Shown here one piece after another: positions 60,567-64,000 of a stretch of DNA of 64,000 bases. This DNA comes from Thermoplasmata archaeon (GTDB lineage Archaea; Thermoplasmatota; Thermoplasmata; RBG-16-68-12; JAGMCJ01): NCBI GenBank assembly GCA_046761005.1, contig JBHIFI010000001.1, positions 11,908 through 75,907 on the forward strand. The letters run 5' to 3'. The translations under genes and the position numbers were made by a program. The notes beneath the pieces were generated by a model. The model made no database searches. It saw only the letters and a program-made list of their open reading frames with translations, and was not told the DNA's origin. The number at the start of each line of letters is the position of its first letter. Position 1 is the first letter of the stretch.

Positions 60567-61830
60567 AATCCTCTAGCCTCCTTTGATAGAGCATTTCCTT
60601 CAGGAGATGACTGTTCCTTATCCATCTCTTGATGGGAATGGCCATTCTCTTTGAGATGTAAAGAAGAGCCCTCTTGAGGGAATCGAAGCTTTCGTAGGGA
60701 TGGCGCAAGGCGTTCCTCACATTCTCCCTAACGTTCCATACACCAACCGGGAGGATATATCCGGGATGGGTTTCCCTCAGTATGAGGGTCCCTGCTTGTC
60801 TTCTTTCCCGAATCAATGCTTCGCTCACCGCCAAGCGAGCAGCGTAGTAACAGCCGCCTATATCTGCATACGTCGTTCGACCCTTATATCCCTCCCAATC
60901 GTTGAGAAGCAATATCCTGCTCCCCTTCCTCGGATTCCAAACCGTCTCGGGATACCACGCCTCAATAAGCTCATATCTCCAACTTGTTGGCATCATCAGA
61001 ATGGCCCATCTATTGTCGAGCCTCGACGACCAATAGACCCGATAGTCATCAATCGTTGAGAAGGTCTTTACAACTTCCCTCAGCTCCTTACCCGTGATAT
61101 CATCCACAGCTGTGATGCTCCATCTTGTTGGGACCATTCTCCTATTCTTCTTCAATCCAAAGGCACCAACGCTGAAAGCCCTCTGGACCTTTGTAATGGG
61201 AATTCCCTGCTGGTATAGCTCAATCACTGCGTCTCTGGCCAAAAGGTCCCAGTCACTGTATGCCCTGTCAATCCTCCTATCTATCTTAAGGTTGTCGACA
61301 TCGAACATTCTCAGCGGGGCGGACGGACCCATGGGCTGGCTTGACTCATCGAGGACCAATCTCGATGACGGTTTCTTGGAGAATTGCGCCTCCACATCTG
61401 CCGAGTACGTGGCCATTGCCAATTCCCGCGTAAGATCGACAATCTTTCCTGGGTTCTCAAGGTCGTGGACAGATGTCCTGTGCATTCCTCTAACGAGCTG
61501 AAATCGGAAGTTAATGATATCATCTATGCTCTTGTCAAGCCATCTCTCTGGAAGGTCCAGGATTTCTGTATTCCCATGAACGGGAGGAACCATCGGGCCA
61601 ACATACACCTTTGGATACCCAAGTCTCCCCACGAAGACACTCGGTGGTGAGGATCCATCCAAATCCAATCTGTCAATGAGAGGAACTACTTTGGATCGGA
61701 AATAGTATTTCACCAGAATGGGGCACCGACTCTTGCCACATAGATTTCTGGAACCTTTGCACAAGAGGCAATGGGAACTCCTTCTGACGCTTTTGGAATC
61801 TTGAAAAATGAGTTCGGAATCAGGAAGCAT
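60553..61830 (-). CDS. nreA: NreA-family archaeal DNA repair protein
   Basis: 425 aa; N-terminal Cys cluster CLLCKGSRNLCGKSRCP; overall Nre N/C-domain architecture. Confidence 0.55.
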   Translation of the reverse strand: MLPDSELIFQDSKSVRRSSHCLLCKGSRNLCGKSRCPILVKYYFRSKVVPLIDRLDLDGSSPPSVFVGRLGYPKVYVGPMVPPVHGNTEILDLPERWLDKSIDDIINFRFQLVRGMHRTSVHDLENPGKIVDLTRELAMATYSADVEAQFSKKPSSRLVLDESSQPMGPSAPLRMFDVDNLKIDRRIDRAYSDWDLLARDAVIELYQQGIPITKVQRAFSVGAFGLKKNRRMVPTRWSITAVDDITGKELREVVKTFSTIDDYRVYWSSRLDNRWAILMMPTSWRYELIEAWYPETVWNPRKGSRILLLNDWEGYKGRTTYADIGGCYYAARLAVSEALIRERRQAGTLILRETHPGYILPVGVWNVRENVRNALRHPYESFDSLKRALLYISKRMAIPIKRWIRNSHLLKEMLYQRRLEDFVTN

Positions 61831-62183
61831 CTCTATCTTCCCATATCCTTCTTGACTTCATAAACATTGGTTGAGGGGGTCTGTGAAACTAATAATGGTT
61901 TGCGACTCGCTATCCCCTCTTCGTGTCGCTCTCCTGAGAGAACGGAGTTCTGTATCGCTGAAAAAAGGAAGCCCGCCAAGATTTCTCAGCGCATCCCACT
62001 AATCCGCTGTTATCCGACGAGCAGTTTGGACAACTTTCCATCTAATAGCTTATCTTCGTTCTGCAGAAATGAAAACTTCCACTTCTCATCCCTGCAAGCT
62101 CGATATATCTCGGAGTTCCCACAATAGAGACCGCAAGGAACAGAGAGCTCGAATCCCGTTTCCTTCGAGAACACCGCCAATAC

Positions 62184-62747
62184 TTATTTCGCGACAAATA
62201 GATGATACTTCTGCTCTGGGTCGGACAGCTCTTGCTCGATCCGCTTCACTATGAGCTTCTCGGGCCGATGAATGTTGGGAACCCTTTCCACAATATCATC
62301 GAAATTCTTGAAGAGTCCCTTCTTTCTCTCCTCCACAACAGCCCACATAGTCTTCTTGCCAAGCCCTGGAAGAAGCTCGAGCATGTGAAATCGCGTTGTT
62401 ATCGCTTGAGCGTGATTGTAAAACTGAATGAACTTGTCTTCCTTATCCTTAACTATCCTCTCGATCATGAAGGGAAGCTCATTCTGCGCGGCATTTGTGA
62501 GCTCATCGTAGCTGACCCTCCTCTTGACGTGAAGAATGGCATCCCTCTTTTCGACTTCTTTTCCGATGTAGACCCTATCCCCGACAGTGAGGACTGCATT
62601 TTCCTTAGGAATCAGCTCAAAGAGCTTGAACTCGTCCTCGCCCAGGGCGTACGCCACAGGCTCCCTCTTGTACCTGACACCCTCATGCCTCCCCTGTGGA
62701 AGATAATCAAGAATGTGCGCGTAGTCCTCCAAGCTCTTCCCTCTCAA
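62184..62747 (-). CDS. COG1491/DUF655-type predicted nucleic-acid-binding protein (HhH-containing) conserved next to rpoF
   Basis: 187 aa; HhH-like LELLPGLGKKTMWAVV; conserved position downstream of rpoF and rpl21e. Confidence 0.5.
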   Translation of the reverse strand: MRGKSLEDYAHILDYLPQGRHEGVRYKREPVAYALGEDEFKLFELIPKENAVLTVGDRVYIGKEVEKRDAILHVKRRVSYDELTNAAQNELPFMIERIVKDKEDKFIQFYNHAQAITTRFHMLELLPGLGKKTMWAVVEERKKGLFKNFDDIVERVPNIHRPEKLIVKRIEQELSDPEQKYHLFVAK

Positions 62748-63061
62748 AGATACTTCTCAACGGTCTTGATTACCTTCTCAATCTCCTCCTTGCTGAGGGT
62801 GAACCTCTCCTTAGCAAAGATTGCCCTGACATCATCTGGACGAGTCGGAAGAAGATCTGCTATCTTGCATGCATGAAATTCGCTGATATGCTCCATCTTG
62901 ACAAGCTCCTTCACGATTTTCCTAACGTTCATGGGACCGAGCCTTGCAAAAGTCTCCGAGTGCTGTAGAGCCAGCGTCTGCTCGGACGTGAGCTCTCTTT
63001 CCTTACCCTCTTTTTCGAGTAGTTTCTTCACTTCCCCAAGGGACAAAAGTTTCTCATCCAT
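62744..63061 (-). CDS. rpoF: DNA-directed RNA polymerase subunit Rpo4/F
   Basis: 105 aa; Rpb4-like helical protein; conserved linkage with L21e and Pus10. Confidence 0.7.
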   Translation of the reverse strand: MDEKLLSLGEVKKLLEKEGKERELTSEQTLALQHSETFARLGPMNVRKIVKELVKMEHISEFHACKIADLLPTRPDDVRAIFAKERFTLSKEEIEKVIKTVEKYL

Positions 63062-63073
63062 CTACAACCGCCC

Positions 63074-63376
63074 CTATTTGGCCTTGCGCAAGTGCTCAGG
63101 GCGGACAATGACCTGTTTGAGCCTCTTTCCGGTCCTGACTTCCAGCAGATACGCTCTTCCTCTTCTCTCCAAAATCCTTCCAGTGAGCCCATGGAAGCGG
63201 GGATGAGGCTGACCCTTGTGAATGCTTGGGTCTATCATGATGTTTGCCATATCCCCCTCTTCATAATTCACGAACCGCCTCGTTATGGGAGATAGTCCCC
63301 TCTCTCTAGCTCGCTTCCGGAGCTTCTTCCTGGTCCTTCTCCTTGGGCCTTTCGAGGTCCTTCCCATTTCACTCAC
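63074..63376 (-). CDS. rpl21e: 50S ribosomal protein L21e
   Basis: GRTSKGPRRRTRKKL...FHGLTGRI...VIVRPEHL pattern of L21e; 100 aa. Confidence 0.85.
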   Translation of the reverse strand: MSEMGRTSKGPRRRTRKKLRKRARERGLSPITRRFVNYEEGDMANIMIDPSIHKGQPHPRFHGLTGRILERRGRAYLLEVRTGKRLKQVIVRPEHLRKAK

Positions 63377-64000
63377 TTTCGTGTATTTGTATCACGTCGA
63401 GCCCATCCACCACAGCGGCTACTCCGAGCCTTTCGCTGAGACTGGGTTTCGTGCGACCCTCGTCTCCAGTTATGAATTCCTTCACGTAGGTTCCCGCCTC
63501 GGCGGTTAGGATTATCTCTGCATTCTTGGGACCAAGCGACTTTGCATCCATATCCAGTATTTTCTTTCGCCTGACGAGGTCTGCCCTTCTGCGAAGCACT
63601 CTGTGGGGTGTTCTCTGAGCGATTTCCATTCCCTTGAATGACCTAACTACTTCATTAAGGTTTTCTTTCTCCACTATGTCCCCGAAGCTAACCTTGAGGC
63701 TGTATGTCTTCGTGGGCCTAGCCTCTTTCATTTGGACCATTTCCCTCCGATCGGAAGACCTGAGACAATCTACATTGACTATTCCGGACTTGTTTATCTC
63801 CTCTTCAATCGCCCTTAGATCGATCGATCTCCGCCTGGGTTCCTTCACCTCTATAACGAAGGGGCGGCCGTCCCCAAGCATCAAGGCGTCCACATCCTCT
63901 CGCCCCATTCCGTGAAAGGAGGCACTCAGTCCTTCAGTCTGCTCTATGAAGGGACCGGCCACGATCTCCTCCACACTCGTTGGGTACATCTTTCCAGTGT
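63369..64000 (-). CDS. pus10: tRNA pseudouridine(54/55) synthase Pus10, C-terminal catalytic part (gene continues beyond the window end)
   Basis: HGMGREDVDALMLGDGRPFVIE catalytic-Asp block of Pus10; ORF open to the window edge. Confidence 0.7.
   Translation of the reverse strand, partial: TGKMYPTSVEEIVAGPFIEQTEGLSASFHGMGREDVDALMLGDGRPFVIEVKEPRRRSIDLRAIEEEINKSGIVNVDCLRSSDRREMVQMKEARPTKTYSLKVSFGDIVEKENLNEVVRSFKGMEIAQRTPHRVLRRRADLVRRKKILDMDAKSLGPKNAEIILTAEAGTYVKEFITGDEGRTKPSLSERLGVAAVVDGLDVIQIHESE

Noticed and set aside
61831-62183. 350-nt spacer containing a GAGCTCGAATCCCG segment reminiscent of a tRNA T-arm
   Set aside because: No matching acceptor, D or anticodon stems could be assembled. 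More likely the promoter/UTR region of nreA.
1-64000. Search for CRISPR arrays, rRNA genes, transposases, integrases and phage-like genes
   Set aside because: No direct-repeat/spacer structure, no rRNA-like conserved stretches, and no ORF with transposase, integrase, terminase or capsid motifs were seen.

Overview
This 64-kb window is a contiguous archaeal chromosomal segment, most likely from a Thermoplasmatota-like euryarchaeon. The archaeal signals are the ribosomal proteins L7Ae, S28e, L24e and L21e, aIF5B, RpoF, Pus10, TiaS, NreA, a tRNA with a canonical 37/38 intron, and BRE/TATA-type promoters. It is densely packed with about 75 protein genes, many translationally coupled through ATGA or TGATG overlaps, plus one intron-containing tRNA-Glu(CUC). 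I found no CRISPR array, rRNA, transposase or integrase.

Housekeeping content:
- Purine synthesis: purS-purL-purQ as a coupled operon, and a separate purM.
- RbkR, a wHTH domain fused to a CTP-dependent riboflavin kinase.
- Histidine catabolism: urocanase, with formiminotransferase and cyclodeaminase as two separate genes.
- Propionate/C3 metabolism: acetyl-CoA synthetase, an acyl-CoA carboxylase operon (carboxyltransferase, biotin carboxylase, BCCP), BirA, methylmalonyl-CoA epimerase and mutase.
- A succinate dehydrogenase sdhBCDA operon.
- Two SCP-x-type thiolases with two DUF35 scaffold proteins.
- TiaS, a class-III aminotransferase, enolase-S2, a Memo-like protein, CutA, a site-2 protease, and a nitrilase-superfamily hydrolase.
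- Two conserved archaeal clusters: L7Ae-S28e-L24e-ndk-aIF5B and Pus10-L21e-RpoF-COG1491.

The most interesting candidates for undescribed biology:
1. A roughly 10-kb co-directional minus-strand array (about 51.7-61.8 kb). It contains NreA, a NUDIX hydrolase, two paralogous SPL-like radical-SAM enzymes (CxxxCxxC), an MBL-fold protein with a polybasic tail, a GNAT protein, membrane and PKD-domain proteins, and an AlkD-like glycosylase. I read it as a putative uncharacterised DNA-damage repair or nucleic-acid modification module.
2. An 860-aa protein combining a zinc ribbon, tandem HhH motifs, a roughly 600-aa charged coiled coil and a C-terminal KaiC/RecA-like domain with a degenerate Walker A. 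A conventional stand-alone KaiC-like ATPase sits about 9 kb away.
3. A ModE-type HTH fused to a NUDIX hydrolase.
4. A solitary amino-methyltransferase with a GSGTT motif followed by DSPY, coupled by ATGA overlap to an unknown 120-aa ORF.
5. Several small Cys-rich or zinc-ribbon micro-ORFs wedged between genes with coupling overlaps.
6. TiaS, whose conserved N-terminal GVDDTDS motif is encoded upstream of the first canonical start codon.

Coordinates follow the ORF track where possible. Features I derived myself (the tRNA, small ORFs, promoters) may be off by 1-2 nt.
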